A stretch of 64,000 bases of DNA from positions 1 to 64,000 of the IMG/VR virus record IMGVR_UViG_3300044678_003030, one strand, 5' to 3'. The translations under genes and the position numbers were made by a program. The notes under the pieces were generated by a model. It was not told the origin of the DNA, searched no databases, and saw nothing but the letters and a program-made list of their open reading frames with translations. This DNA is from a virus. Within the stretch, counting starts at the first letter, position 1. Every line of letters begins with the position of its first letter. This document shows, in pieces, positions 17,373-26,522 of this stretch.

Positions 17373-17597
17373 CTACTTGCGGCGCGAGAGCTCTTCCCCG
17401 AAGCGGGCGAGGGAGAGGTACTCGATCGAGTGGACGAAGTCGGCCTCGCCGAGCTCCAGCCGGTCGAGCGTCTTGACGTCTTGTGCGAGCTTCATGGTCA
17501 TCGGGAAGATGCGCCAGGGCGGGATCTTCCGCCAGCGGTCGTCTTCGAACCAACCCACCAGGAGCACCAGAAACGAGAACACGATGTCGAGCAGCAT
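17373..17597 (-). CDS. small membrane protein
   Basis: MLLDIVFSFLVLLVGW... Confidence 0.45.
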   Translation of the reverse strand: MLLDIVFSFLVLLVGWFEDDRWRKIPPWRIFPMTMKLAQDVKTLDRLELGEADFVHSIEYLSLARFGEELSRRK

Positions 17598-17713
17598 TAC
17601 TTGCCTGATCCCATGGTGTAACCGGCCATGTAGAAGAGCCACGACAAGACGAGCAGAAGGGAGGCCACAAGCACCTTCTTCGCATAGCGCCGGATCTGGT
17701 CGAGATCGCTCAT
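17597..17713 (-). CDS. small membrane protein
   Basis: MSDLDQIRRYAKKVLVASLLLVLSWLF... Confidence 0.45.
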   Translation of the reverse strand: MSDLDQIRRYAKKVLVASLLLVLSWLFYMAGYTMGSGK

Positions 17714-17913
17714 GGCGTTAGAGTAGTGGAACGACTTAGGACCCACCACGCCCACCCAGCCAGTAGGATCCACGCGTAGAGCGGGCTGATGGCTTTCGGC
17801 GTCGCCCCATCTTCGCAGAAGTGGCAGGTGCCATTGAGCCGTTCGTACTCCGGCAGTAGCCACCGTCGGGTACACGAGCACTTGCGGCAGACTGCGGTGA
17901 CTTCGATAGCCAT
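17710..17913 (-). CDS. small zinc-ribbon membrane protein
   Basis: CRKC...CHFC plus C-terminal TM. Confidence 0.5.
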   Translation of the reverse strand: MAIEVTAVCRKCSCTRRWLLPEYERLNGTCHFCEDGATPKAISPLYAWILLAGWAWWVLSRSTTLTP

Positions 17914-18242
17914 CAAAGTAGCTGAGTTGGGAGGAACGGCGCCGGGATGAGGCGCTTGTAGTAGAAGACGCACTTGTAGTCAGGTGCGTGCGCGCTGCGC
18001 TCAGCTTCTTCAGCGTACAGCGACGCGCCTGCGAACATGATGAGGAGACCGATCTTGCCCCCGCGAGGCAGGTCCTTGCCCCACAGTTGGACCCTCGACC
18101 AGTCCCCGTCGAACGTCAGGGCTCCGCCTTGGGCCTTCTCGGAGTACTTCAGCTCTACCGCTGTTCCTCCAAGGAGTTCGTGGAGGTCTGCCCCGTCTTC
18201 ACGCAGTGAACTCGCCCGAGCAGGGCCTACGAAGACGCGCAT
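17913..18242 (-). CDS. hypothetical protein (one copy of a local repeated domain)
   Basis: MRVFVGP...DLHELLGG...IGLLI...GASLYAE. Confidence 0.6.
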   Translation of the reverse strand: MRVFVGPARASSLREDGADLHELLGGTAVELKYSEKAQGGALTFDGDWSRVQLWGKDLPRGGKIGLLIMFAGASLYAEEAERSAHAPDYKCVFYYKRLIPAPFLPTQLL

Positions 18243-18970
18243 GCGGCCTCCTTCTTCACAGCAGGGACGATGCCAGCGAAGCTGTAGACGCAGTCCATGC
18301 CGTCAACGTCAACAGAGGCCGGCACGCGTGCGCCCTCGACGTAGATGTCGCCATTCGTGGTCGCGATGAGAAAGCCGAAGAGACGGCGAGGCGGCGTGTG
18401 AGGCGCCCAGGCATCACGCAGGGAGACCCCTGGTTCTCCGTAGCACGTCGCGATGTTCGTGTGGTCGATGCTGTTGGTCCGTAGCGAGAACGAGGCGCAG
18501 CCGAAGAGCTCGACGAGGTTCGAACGGGAGTCGTCCACGGCTGCGAACGACGGAGGGCCGACGAAGATGCGGAAGGTGACAGCCTTGACCGGGCTCGCCT
18601 TCGGGGGTGTGCGGACACGAGCGACTGCGTACAGATCCGTGGCTTCCACCTCGGGATCCGTGCGGCGAACGACGCCTTCCAGGTAGAGCTCGGTCCCGTC
18701 TGCGTCGACGAGGAGGCCGAACGCAGCATCATCCGCTGGCAACAACGGAGCCCATGCCCACCCATCAGGTCCCAGCATGGGCAGAGTAGCTGCCAGCCGT
18801 CGGGACGTCGGATCCATGCCGTAGAAGGAGACGTGGCTCAGGCTCATGGACATGTGCAGGCGCATGTTCACGGCGCCGAAGAGCTCGACGAGGTTCGATC
18901 TGTTTGGCAGGACGTCTGCCATCTTCGCAGGGCCCAGGAAGACACGCAGGGATCGGTACAGGGTGCTCAC
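18227..18970 (-). CDS. hypothetical protein (two copies of the same domain)
   Basis: LRVFLGP...RSNLVELFG and FRIFVGP...RSNLVELFG. Confidence 0.65.
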   Translation of the reverse strand: MSTLYRSLRVFLGPAKMADVLPNRSNLVELFGAVNMRLHMSMSLSHVSFYGMDPTSRRLAATLPMLGPDGWAWAPLLPADDAAFGLLVDADGTELYLEGVVRRTDPEVEATDLYAVARVRTPPKASPVKAVTFRIFVGPPSFAAVDDSRSNLVELFGCASFSLRTNSIDHTNIATCYGEPGVSLRDAWAPHTPPRRLFGFLIATTNGDIYVEGARVPASVDVDGMDCVYSFAGIVPAVKKEAACASS

Positions 18971-20706
18971 TTGACCTCCCTTGCCTTCGGCGACCACAGC
19001 TCGATCCGGTCGAACGTGCAGGAGAGGGTCTCACGGAACACGCTGCCAGCGGCCTGACAGGTGTAGGTTTCGGGCCTCGCCGTGAGTCCGAAGAGGCGGA
19101 ACCCCATTCGTGAGCCTTGCCCGTGAGGAGGGCGAAACAGGATGCCGAAGTCGCGCTTGGTGTGGAGCGATTGGTTGAGGTCGTTGTTCGCGTTCGGGAA
19201 GAGGCGGAGAACGAGTGGGCTGCCCTCGATCAGCGCGGCGTCGATGGTGAAGATGTTGCCACCGATCGTGAACTGCCCCAAGGGCGTGGGCAGCACGTCA
19301 CGGACGTCATCCGGGGCGCCAGGGAAGTAGGAGATGTCGTCGGGGTGGTAGGCCGTGTAGACGGCGCCCACTGTGCCGGCGATCTTCGTCATCGAGGCAG
19401 CGTCGGCGGCAGCTTGCTGGTTGCAGGTACGACACGGTCGCTTGCAGCGGGTTCGTGTTGCGTCGTCGGCTAGCGTAGCGTCTTCTCGTTGGTCTGTCTT
19501 CGACGCTGTTTCGCGACGCTCCGCCGCCTCCACGCGCTCCATGATCTTGTCGTTCACGCCCGGCGCTGCTTGCATCTTGATGGCGTCTTCCCTCGGCGAC
19601 TTGCATTCCTTCCGCATGGCTTCGAGCTCGTTCTTGACCGCCTTGACCGACGCCGAGGAGAGAGACAGCGTGAACCCCCGCTTCAGTGGAGCATCCCGAT
19701 ACTCCCGGGCGTTCAGCACGACCTGGGGCGAGAAGTACACGTCGGCGTAGCACATGACGGCGGCGTCGAACCATGCGTGGTCCTGGCCAAGGACCTTGAC
19801 CCCGCTGAACATGATGACGGGGGCGAACAGCAGCTCCTTCGTGATCCTGCACCACCTTTCACGCTTTTCCTCTGGGAGCGCCTCCCACTCACCGGGCACA
19901 CGCGCGATGGTCTGACCGTAGGCGACCTTCGCGAGCGATCGGATGTTGGCTCCGTGGAGCAGGTCCACGGCGGCTTCGAGGAACTTGCTGACGAAGCCGG
20001 CGTTCTCGACCGCGAACTCGATCTTGTTCGACTTGACAGCTTCGACGAGCTCGGCGAGGCGCATCCGGTCACCGGGGTCGCGCATGTCATCCAGCGAGAA
20101 TCCCAGCTTGTGGAGCACCGTCGCGATGGTGATCTCGGGGAGCTTCTTCTCCTTCTCGATGTCCGCGAAGTTGATCTTGCGCCCCTTGAGCATGTTGTTG
20201 ACGATCTCTGCGAAGGGGAACTGGAGGGCGTCGACGGTCAGCGGATGACGAGAGCACTTCGGGTGTGCCATGCCGGGCTTGTAGCGGCTCAGCCGCACGA
20301 CAAGCTGCTCGAAGATCACCTTGTCGTCGGTTCCCTTCATCGCGGTGAGGTCGACGTAGTGGAGCAGCATCTTGAACGCGGTACGGAGCAGCTCGATGTC
20401 GATCTTCTCTGGGTTCCATGCGAGCTGTGCGTTCTGCACGACCTTCGCGCGATCAGGTTCCCGCGCGAGTTCGATGAGGCTCTCGACGTAGAGTGCGTAG
20501 AGGCGTGACGGCGCGCTGTAGATGAAGTTGGCTCCGTTCACGTCGGAGTGGTCCAGCACATTCTTCGCGATGGAGAGGAGCTTGGTGCGCTCTCCGTTGG
20601 AGACGCTGTACCAGTTGACGCTCAGGATCCCCTCGCGCATCCAGAGGGTGTAGACCGCGCCCATCCAGGCGGCCTCAGCGATGGCTTCGATAACGTTCGA
20701 GTTCAT
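18967..20706 (-). CDS. 579-aa hypothetical protein
   Basis: Long ORF with coding-like codon bias. Confidence 0.75.
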   Translation of the reverse strand: MNSNVIEAIAEAAWMGAVYTLWMREGILSVNWYSVSNGERTKLLSIAKNVLDHSDVNGANFIYSAPSRLYALYVESLIELAREPDRAKVVQNAQLAWNPEKIDIELLRTAFKMLLHYVDLTAMKGTDDKVIFEQLVVRLSRYKPGMAHPKCSRHPLTVDALQFPFAEIVNNMLKGRKINFADIEKEKKLPEITIATVLHKLGFSLDDMRDPGDRMRLAELVEAVKSNKIEFAVENAGFVSKFLEAAVDLLHGANIRSLAKVAYGQTIARVPGEWEALPEEKRERWCRITKELLFAPVIMFSGVKVLGQDHAWFDAAVMCYADVYFSPQVVLNAREYRDAPLKRGFTLSLSSASVKAVKNELEAMRKECKSPREDAIKMQAAPGVNDKIMERVEAAERRETASKTDQREDATLADDATRTRCKRPCRTCNQQAAADAASMTKIAGTVGAVYTAYHPDDISYFPGAPDDVRDVLPTPLGQFTIGGNIFTIDAALIEGSPLVLRLFPNANNDLNQSLHTKRDFGILFRPPHGQGSRMGFRLFGLTARPETYTCQAAGSVFRETLSCTFDRIELWSPKAREVK

Positions 20707-20748
20707 GGGCCGGAGTGTTTCACGCGGTGAAGTTGTGGGTCAAGGGTC

Positions 20749-20776
20749 TGAAAAGGGGAGTCCGCCCAGGTATAAG
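20749..20776 (+). promoter_or_regulatory. phage promoter GGTATAAG
   Basis: TGAAAAGGGGAGTCCGCCCAGGTATAAG. Confidence 0.6.
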
Positions 20777-20815
20777 AAGATGAGCCGATCAACCAACGGT
20801 TCAAGGAGATCTCCC

Positions 20816-21322
20816 ATGAGCGACGCATTCCGCCTTGTTCTCGCCGCCATCGACAACACCGTCGCGGACCCCGAGATGGGGTGCAAGTACTTCCGTCGGC
20901 CCTCCGGGTCGTACGTGCCTGCCCTCCGGGCGGAGGGGGATAGCGAGGGCCCCATGGCCGTCGCAGCGCTCCGTGTCGCTACGGAGACGGCCTGCGTGGA
21001 GATCACGAAGGAGGTGCGGAAGGCCGGCACCTCCTTCGGGAAGTGCAGGTACTTCAAGGTGCCCTTGCCAGGGGTCGAGGCCGCGTGCCTCTTCTCCGAT
21101 CTTCCTCTCGGTACCGTGCTCGCGGTCGTCGTCGGCCAGCACGGGGTCGAGTTGGTCGCTCCGGGGGTGCAGCCGCAGATGGTCAACTTCTCGACCATCT
21201 GCGTCGGCTCGGGGGAGAACCCCGAGGAGGAGCCCACGCGCGAGAACGCGCGTGTGTACTTCTGGGCGCCCGGCCGGGTTCTCCCCAGGCAGACAATCGC
21301 ACCTGTCGTCAAGCTCGGCTGA
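20816..21322 (+). CDS. hypothetical protein (cassette)
   Basis: RBS AAGGAG. Confidence 0.65.
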   Translation: MSDAFRLVLAAIDNTVADPEMGCKYFRRPSGSYVPALRAEGDSEGPMAVAALRVATETACVEITKEVRKAGTSFGKCRYFKVPLPGVEAACLFSDLPLGTVLAVVVGQHGVELVAPGVQPQMVNFSTICVGSGENPEEEPTRENARVYFWAPGRVLPRQTIAPVVKLG

Positions 21323-21363
21323 GCCTGACGTACCCCAACGGCGCCTGCGCGTTTCAGCGGGCA

Positions 21364-21390
21364 GAAGAGGGCGGCAAGCCCTTTTCTTTA
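21364..21390 (+). terminator. intrinsic terminator
   Basis: GAAGAGGGC-GGCAA-GCCCTTTTCTTT. Confidence 0.6.
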
Positions 21391-21425
21391 TCCCTCAGCG
21401 AGTTCACTCGCTTATCGTTTGTTTG

Positions 21426-22220
21426 ATGCCCCTGCGACGCCCGACCCGTTCGAAGCTCGTCTTTGTCGCGAGCGACATCCACTTCGACCTACACGATCCG
21501 CCCACTTGGAGGGCGTTTGCAGCTTGCGTGAAGCGCGTGCAGCCTGATGAGATCATCCTCGCAGGAGACGTGATCGACTTCGGCATGCTGCACCACCACT
21601 TCAAGCCCGGGATGCGCGACCCGATCAACGCGATCGAGCAGATAACCTGCGCGGTGCGCGAGATCAACGCGGTGCGTGAGTACACCAAGCGCCTGCGCTT
21701 GCTTTCAGGCAACCATGAGGAGCGGTGGGACAAGTACATCCACGGGCCTACGCCCTTCGTCCTCGAAGGCGCCAAGGGCCTTCGCCTTCATGACCAGCTC
21801 AAGGTGCAGGGCCTGCGGCATGACGTCGAATGGGTGGAGGAGGGCCGAGGCACGCTCGGGATCCGCGTAGGCCCGTTCATGATTCGGCACGGTCACATGC
21901 AGTCAGGCCGCTTCGGGGGTGGCGAGCACCTCGCCGCCAACCGCATCAAGAAGAACAACGGGCAGTCCGAGCTCTTCGGCCACTTTCACCGTGGGCAGCT
22001 CATGGTCTACACGGCCTTCGGCCGAGACACGACCTGCATCGCCAACCCGTGCATGACGGGCTACCACGACTACGCAGGGCACTCGAACTGGCAGAGAGGC
22101 TTCACGGCGCTGGAGCTACACGCGCCGGACTTCGAGCGTGTGACGGCGTATCCGGTGCTCGCCACGAACGGGGTATTCTCGTGGGGTGGGTACACCTACG
22201 ACGGGAACGGGCTCGCCTGA
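21426..22220 (+). CDS. calcineurin-like metallophosphoesterase
   Basis: SDIH, GDVID, GNHE, HGH and GHFH motifs. Confidence 0.9.
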   Translation: MPLRRPTRSKLVFVASDIHFDLHDPPTWRAFAACVKRVQPDEIILAGDVIDFGMLHHHFKPGMRDPINAIEQITCAVREINAVREYTKRLRLLSGNHEERWDKYIHGPTPFVLEGAKGLRLHDQLKVQGLRHDVEWVEEGRGTLGIRVGPFMIRHGHMQSGRFGGGEHLAANRIKKNNGQSELFGHFHRGQLMVYTAFGRDTTCIANPCMTGYHDYAGHSNWQRGFTALELHAPDFERVTAYPVLATNGVFSWGGYTYDGNGLA

Positions 22221-22245
22221 AACATGGTGGCGCCTCGGGTATAAG
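22218..22245 (+). promoter_or_regulatory. phage promoter GGTATAAG
   Basis: TGAAACATGGTGGCGCCTCGGGTATAAG. Confidence 0.6.
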
Positions 22246-22292
22246 GAGATAGACAAGCGCGTGGTGCGCTGCGTCTCACCCGGGAGTTTTCC

Positions 22293-22496
22293 ATGGATAT
22301 CCAGGTCAAGAATCGCTACGAGACTCTGGTCGCTGCCGATTGCTATTACTCTCAAGCGGAGACGCGCGTGGCTGCCCGAGCGTATGCACACGCGCTTCTC
22401 GAAGACGGCGTGATTGCCGACCGGAAGGCGGCCCGTCAGATTCTGGATGAGGTGGCTCGTGAGGGGAACGCCGCTACTACGCCTCAAGACGTGTAG
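22293..22496 (+). CDS. small hypothetical protein (cassette)
   Basis: RBS GGGAG; lies between a promoter and a terminator. Confidence 0.55.
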   Translation: MDIQVKNRYETLVAADCYYSQAETRVAARAYAHALLEDGVIADRKAARQILDEVAREGNAATTPQDV

Positions 22497-22500
22497 CGGT

Positions 22501-22527
22501 GACGGGCGGTGCAACGCCCGTCTTTTT
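22501..22527 (+). terminator. intrinsic terminator
   Basis: GACGGGCG-GTGCAA-CGCCCGTC-TTTTT. Confidence 0.75.
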
Positions 22528-22548
22528 GTTTCACGCCGTGAACGTCGA

Positions 22549-22815
22549 CTACTCGCCGACGACGCCGAGGACCTCATCGGCCTGGAAGATGACCAGGGTC
22601 TCCTCATCGACCTTGATCTCCAGGCCACCGTAACGGGGCACGAGCACGGTGTCGCCGACGCTCAGGTCCTTCACGTCGCGGCCGATGTTGACGACGTGAG
22701 CCTCCACGCTTCCGTTCTCCTCGACGGTCTCGGGGATGTAGAGCCCCCCGGGGGTCTGGGTCTGCTTGGGGGCGCGGCGGATGAGAACGCGATTGCCAGT
22801 GGGTCGGATGTTCAT
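22549..22815 (-). CDS. groES: co-chaperonin GroES (Cpn10)
   Basis: MNIRPTGNRVLIRR...TPGGLYIP...VGDTVLVPRYGGLEIKVD...EVLGVV. Confidence 0.95.
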   Translation of the reverse strand: MNIRPTGNRVLIRRAPKQTQTPGGLYIPETVEENGSVEAHVVNIGRDVKDLSVGDTVLVPRYGGLEIKVDEETLVIFQADEVLGVVGE

Positions 22816-22837
22816 GACGCCGACCGTACACCAGCCG

Positions 22838-23515
22838 CTAGAACGCGTCCATGATCTGCTTGCGGTGGTCGTAGACCTCCCGTGCGCCCATGCCGAGCAA
22901 GCCCAGGAGCCCTGTGCGGGCCATGCCCTTGTGGTACTCACCCTGGTTGCCGTCTGAGATCGTGTCAGCCATGACCGTGTAGGGGCCGTGGAACTCTTTC
23001 TTCGCCTCGTCCAACACACGAGTCTTGGCGTAGGCGTCTGCATGCCGCTCAGCGATGAGGGGGAGGCCGTTCCAGAGCGTGCCGCCTACGACGCTCGCGG
23101 CGCGAGCAGCGCGCGATGGCGCCAGGGTTCCACCGAGCAGCGAGATAAGCGTCGGGAGAGGCGACTGCGTGGGGTTCCCGAGTTGGCTGGGAAGGCCCTG
23201 GGTGTGCCGTAGCACGCGGTGCTTTTGTAGGTTCGCGTGCCCGTGCTCATGGGCTACGACGTGTGCAGTGATGGCAGGGTGACGCGCCCAGCTCTTGTTG
23301 TTCGACGAGACGACGACATGATCGTCGCCTCTGTCGTAGAAGCCGCCGATTCTGTTGTCTGGGATGTGAGCTTGACGGGTCAGTACGCGCCCGGTGCGGA
23401 CGAGTTCGTCGACGATACGCTTGGTTTCGTCACCGAGCGGTGACCCGTCTGAGGCGTACTCAAACGGTTCCGTCTTCTTCATCCAGTCAGGGCGTAGATC
23501 GATGACGCGTGCCAC
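22838..23515 (-). CDS. membrane-associated Zn metallopeptidase
   Basis: VAHEHGH...ERHAD; hydrophobic glycine-rich helices. Confidence 0.75.
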   Translation of the reverse strand: MARVIDLRPDWMKKTEPFEYASDGSPLGDETKRIVDELVRTGRVLTRQAHIPDNRIGGFYDRGDDHVVVSSNNKSWARHPAITAHVVAHEHGHANLQKHRVLRHTQGLPSQLGNPTQSPLPTLISLLGGTLAPSRAARAASVVGGTLWNGLPLIAERHADAYAKTRVLDEAKKEFHGPYTVMADTISDGNQGEYHKGMARTGLLGLLGMGAREVYDHRKQIMDAF

Positions 23516-23536
23516 GCTGAGAAGCGTAGCGGAAGA

Positions 23537-24298
23537 TCAGTAGGTGACTTCGAGGCCGGCGGTCAGGTCGGCGGTGGTCGCGCTCCACCCCGAGCCGGTC
23601 TTGATGCGAACGTCGAGGACGTCCCCAGACATGAAGGAGAGGGCGTAGTCGGAGTAGGCGATCTGGTTGCGCGCGACGTCAGTCAGCGTGACCTCCGAGC
23701 CTTCCACCAGCGTGCCGTTCTTGTACACGGCGGCGATCAGGCCCGAACCAGCAGCGGCGGTGCTCAGCCCCACGGAGAGACCAGAGATGAAGCCGGGACG
23801 CAGCGCCACCCACCCGTGAACGATGGCAGAGGCGCCACCCCACCCGAGCTGCACAGCCGTCGCGCTGGGCGGAGACGCGTTGTCACCGGGCGCGACGTTC
23901 GCCAGCCCGTACTGGAGCACCTTGCGCGAGGGCATGAGAGGCTCACGGAAGACGAGGTCGTGGGTACCCACGACATCGGCGCCGGCGTTGCTCGTGCAGA
24001 TGAACACCTTGTCGGCCGAAGAGCCCTCTTCAACGACCACCTGGATGCCACGCGCCTGGGCGCCGACCGGCAAGGCGTTCGACCGAGTCGCCGGGACAGA
24101 GGCTCCGTTGAAGACGTAGAGCCCATCCTGGGTAGACGGGCTCTGGTTCACCGCGAGGAACTCCTCACCGTTGGCCATCGTCACGCCGTCGATCGTGGCG
24201 CCAGGAGAGGCGATGGTGACAGCGCCGTAGGACGCGACGCGCGCACGGAGGTCAGAGGGACGGGCAGGACTCGTCGAGTAGAGCTTGTAGAGCGGCAT
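23537..24298 (-). CDS. virion structural protein (fiber/decoration-type domain)
   Basis: TIDGVTMANGEEFLAVNQ...DGLYVF matches the IDGV.L..GDRVLVKNQ...NGIY virion domain; RBS AAGGAG. Confidence 0.7.
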   Translation of the reverse strand: MPLYKLYSTSPARPSDLRARVASYGAVTIASPGATIDGVTMANGEEFLAVNQSPSTQDGLYVFNGASVPATRSNALPVGAQARGIQVVVEEGSSADKVFICTSNAGADVVGTHDLVFREPLMPSRKVLQYGLANVAPGDNASPPSATAVQLGWGGASAIVHGWVALRPGFISGLSVGLSTAAAGSGLIAAVYKNGTLVEGSEVTLTDVARNQIAYSDYALSFMSGDVLDVRIKTGSGWSATTADLTAGLEVTY

Positions 24299-24348
24299 CT
24301 TCGGTGGTTACTCCTTGAGCTCGAAGTCTAGGAGTTTCACTGGGTGAA

Positions 24349-25092
24349 CTACTGGACTGAAGACGTCGGGATGACGACGCTTGGAACCACCAAGGCGACG
24401 ATGCTCACGTTCCCTTGGTAGACGACAACCACGGGCACCTCGTTCACGTTGTTCCAGCTACGGAGGATTGACACCAGCTTCGGCACGGGAGGGTCCGCCA
24501 TGATGATCAGCGGCTCAGGCATCTTCTCGATCCGGCGACAGACGGGGTCCATGTGGCGGATCAAGATGTTCCGTGGGAGAACCCCTGATGCGATGGGTAG
24601 CTGGTTGGACGTTCGGCAGTGCCGAACGAAGTCGTCTCCGACGAGCTCCTGAAACTTGGACGGGCAGAGCTCGTCGGTCACGTCGACGATGAAACCGGCG
24701 ATCGCGAGCGGCGCTAGGCCCTCATCGACGATCAGCTCGTTCCTGCTCGTGAGCACCATCTTCTTGTGCTGCTCGACGAGCTCGGCCCGGTTCGGCATGA
24801 CCTGGATCGTGGTCTTGCGTGACTTCGGGGCTGCGCTTCGCACCGCTTCCGAGGTGCGCTCGAAGAGGCACTCTTCGGGGTGTTCGTCGTCGGGGCCGAT
24901 GAAGCGGATGTCGATCGGGAAAGAGAACCGCTCCGCGAGGCGCTTGCGCACCTTGGACGGTGCGTTCTGGTCTGCCACGACGAACACGTAGCGCCCATAG
25001 GTAGTCGCTGTCTCCGCGTCGCGGTAGATGGCGAGCACTGCTGGGTGTGATTCGAACGCTGTGACTAGGTCACTGCTAGAGAACTCTGTCAC
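24349..25092 (-). CDS. hypothetical protein
   Basis: Long ORF. Confidence 0.6.
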   Translation of the reverse strand: MTEFSSSDLVTAFESHPAVLAIYRDAETATTYGRYVFVVADQNAPSKVRKRLAERFSFPIDIRFIGPDDEHPEECLFERTSEAVRSAAPKSRKTTIQVMPNRAELVEQHKKMVLTSRNELIVDEGLAPLAIAGFIVDVTDELCPSKFQELVGDDFVRHCRTSNQLPIASGVLPRNILIRHMDPVCRRIEKMPEPLIIMADPPVPKLVSILRSWNNVNEVPVVVVYQGNVSIVALVVPSVVIPTSSVQ

Positions 25093-25298
25093 GGCTCTTC
25101 GCCTCCTTCAGTCACGGTTTTGAGATGTTCGTCAAGCGCTTTCAGCGCGGCTTCGCATGGTTCTAGCAGCTCATTGATCTTGGCGGTGCGGTAGACGTCC
25201 TTGAGATGTAGCCGCACACGGGCTACGCGCATCCGCGCCGTCTCCACTTCCTTCCGTGCATCATCACACAGCGTCTGTTCTCGCGTCCACATGGTCAA
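25089..25298 (-). CDS. small coiled-coil protein
   Basis: Coupled ORF. Confidence 0.45.
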   Translation of the reverse strand: MTMWTREQTLCDDARKEVETARMRVARVRLHLKDVYRTAKINELLEPCEAALKALDEHLKTVTEGGEEP

Positions 25299-25341
25299 AC
25301 ATCAACACGCCGGCTACTTTCTCACAACGAAAGGCACTCAC

Positions 25342-25956
25342 ATGAACCAGACTTCTCGCATGCGCCTCATCAACGCCTTGTTCATTCTCCTCCTCGCGCT
25401 CCTCGGGTGTGGCTCGCCTGACCAACACGCGCCGAACACCTACGGCACCGTGCACGTCTGGATCTCTGCCTCCTGGCTCCCGATCGATCGGCCTCGGATC
25501 ATCGAGCAGCTCGCGAATCTCAGCCGTCTCGGGCCGACGTTCGTCGTCGACGACGCGCCCTACTACGCAGACGTCCTGATCTACCCGTTCAACTCGGATG
25601 ACTGCAAGCGGACCGGCGCCGGCCGTTGGTGGGTCAGCACCCGGAGCATCGAGGTGGACCCTGTCTGCACGCAGGGTGACACCGCTTTCCGTACGGCCAT
25701 CGGGCACGAGATCGGTCACGTGCTCGGCATGCGACACATCTGTACGTACCCGCAGGAGACCGCAGACTGTTCGCCCGTGGGTTTCGGCCGCGCGATGATG
25801 AACCCGACGCTCACCGAAGGTGACGACCCGCTCTCGCCGGTCCCGTTCACGGACCGACCGACGGAGCTTGACTTGCTGGAGTTCCGGCGCGTGTTCCGCG
25901 TCCGTCACCCGGTCGATGCCGGGTCCGTGTCCGACGCCACGGCGCCCACGGGATGA
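25342..25956 (+). CDS. metzincin (matrixin-like) Zn protease, lipoprotein
   Basis: Signal peptide with lipobox LLALLGC; HEIGHVLGMRH; Met-turn AMM. Confidence 0.85.
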   Translation: MNQTSRMRLINALFILLLALLGCGSPDQHAPNTYGTVHVWISASWLPIDRPRIIEQLANLSRLGPTFVVDDAPYYADVLIYPFNSDDCKRTGAGRWWVSTRSIEVDPVCTQGDTAFRTAIGHEIGHVLGMRHICTYPQETADCSPVGFGRAMMNPTLTEGDDPLSPVPFTDRPTELDLLEFRRVFRVRHPVDAGSVSDATAPTG

Positions 25957-26522
25957 CTTTCACGCCGTGAACTGGGCAGTGGAGTGAGGTCGGAGGGGAT
26001 CGGGTGCCACTCCCCTTCGGCGTCTTTCTGCTGGAACAGCGGGCCCCCCGAGGTCTGGACCGTGCGGACGGCCATGTACTGGATCGCCCAGGACAAACCC
26101 CCAGGGAGGTCTCCCAGTCGGCGTTCGCACTCCTGAAGCAGCCCCGCGTCTTCTCGCGCGATGCCGATCACGTAGATGCCTTCGGGCAGGGCGAGCACCT
26201 CGTCGTAGACACGGGCCCCGGCCAACGCCTTGACCGGGTCGTCTTCGAAGTGGCCGTGCGTCTTGAAGCCCACCTCGACCTCGCGCGTTTCGTCGGAGGC
26301 CGCGTGAAAGACCCCGATGAAGTCAGGGCGCAGGGCGCCCAGTCGGTTGGCGATGAAGGCGTCGACGCGATCCCAGACGATCGTGTGCTGGCATGCCATC
26401 GTGCTCACGGGCAGCACCGTGTCAACTCCTTGCACCGGGCTGTCTGCGAAGACGACGAGGTCGTGATCGATGCGGCCGACACGCCGCACGTTCTTCTGCT
26501 TGATGATCGCTTGGATGTCCAT
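25905..26522 (-). CDS. hypothetical protein
   Basis: ORF; TAGCGT box 8 nt upstream of the ATG. Confidence 0.6.
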   Translation of the reverse strand: MDIQAIIKQKNVRRVGRIDHDLVVFADSPVQGVDTVLPVSTMACQHTIVWDRVDAFIANRLGALRPDFIGVFHAASDETREVEVGFKTHGHFEDDPVKALAGARVYDEVLALPEGIYVIGIAREDAGLLQECERRLGDLPGGLSWAIQYMAVRTVQTSGGPLFQQKDAEGEWHPIPSDLTPLPSSRRESHPVGAVASDTDPASTG

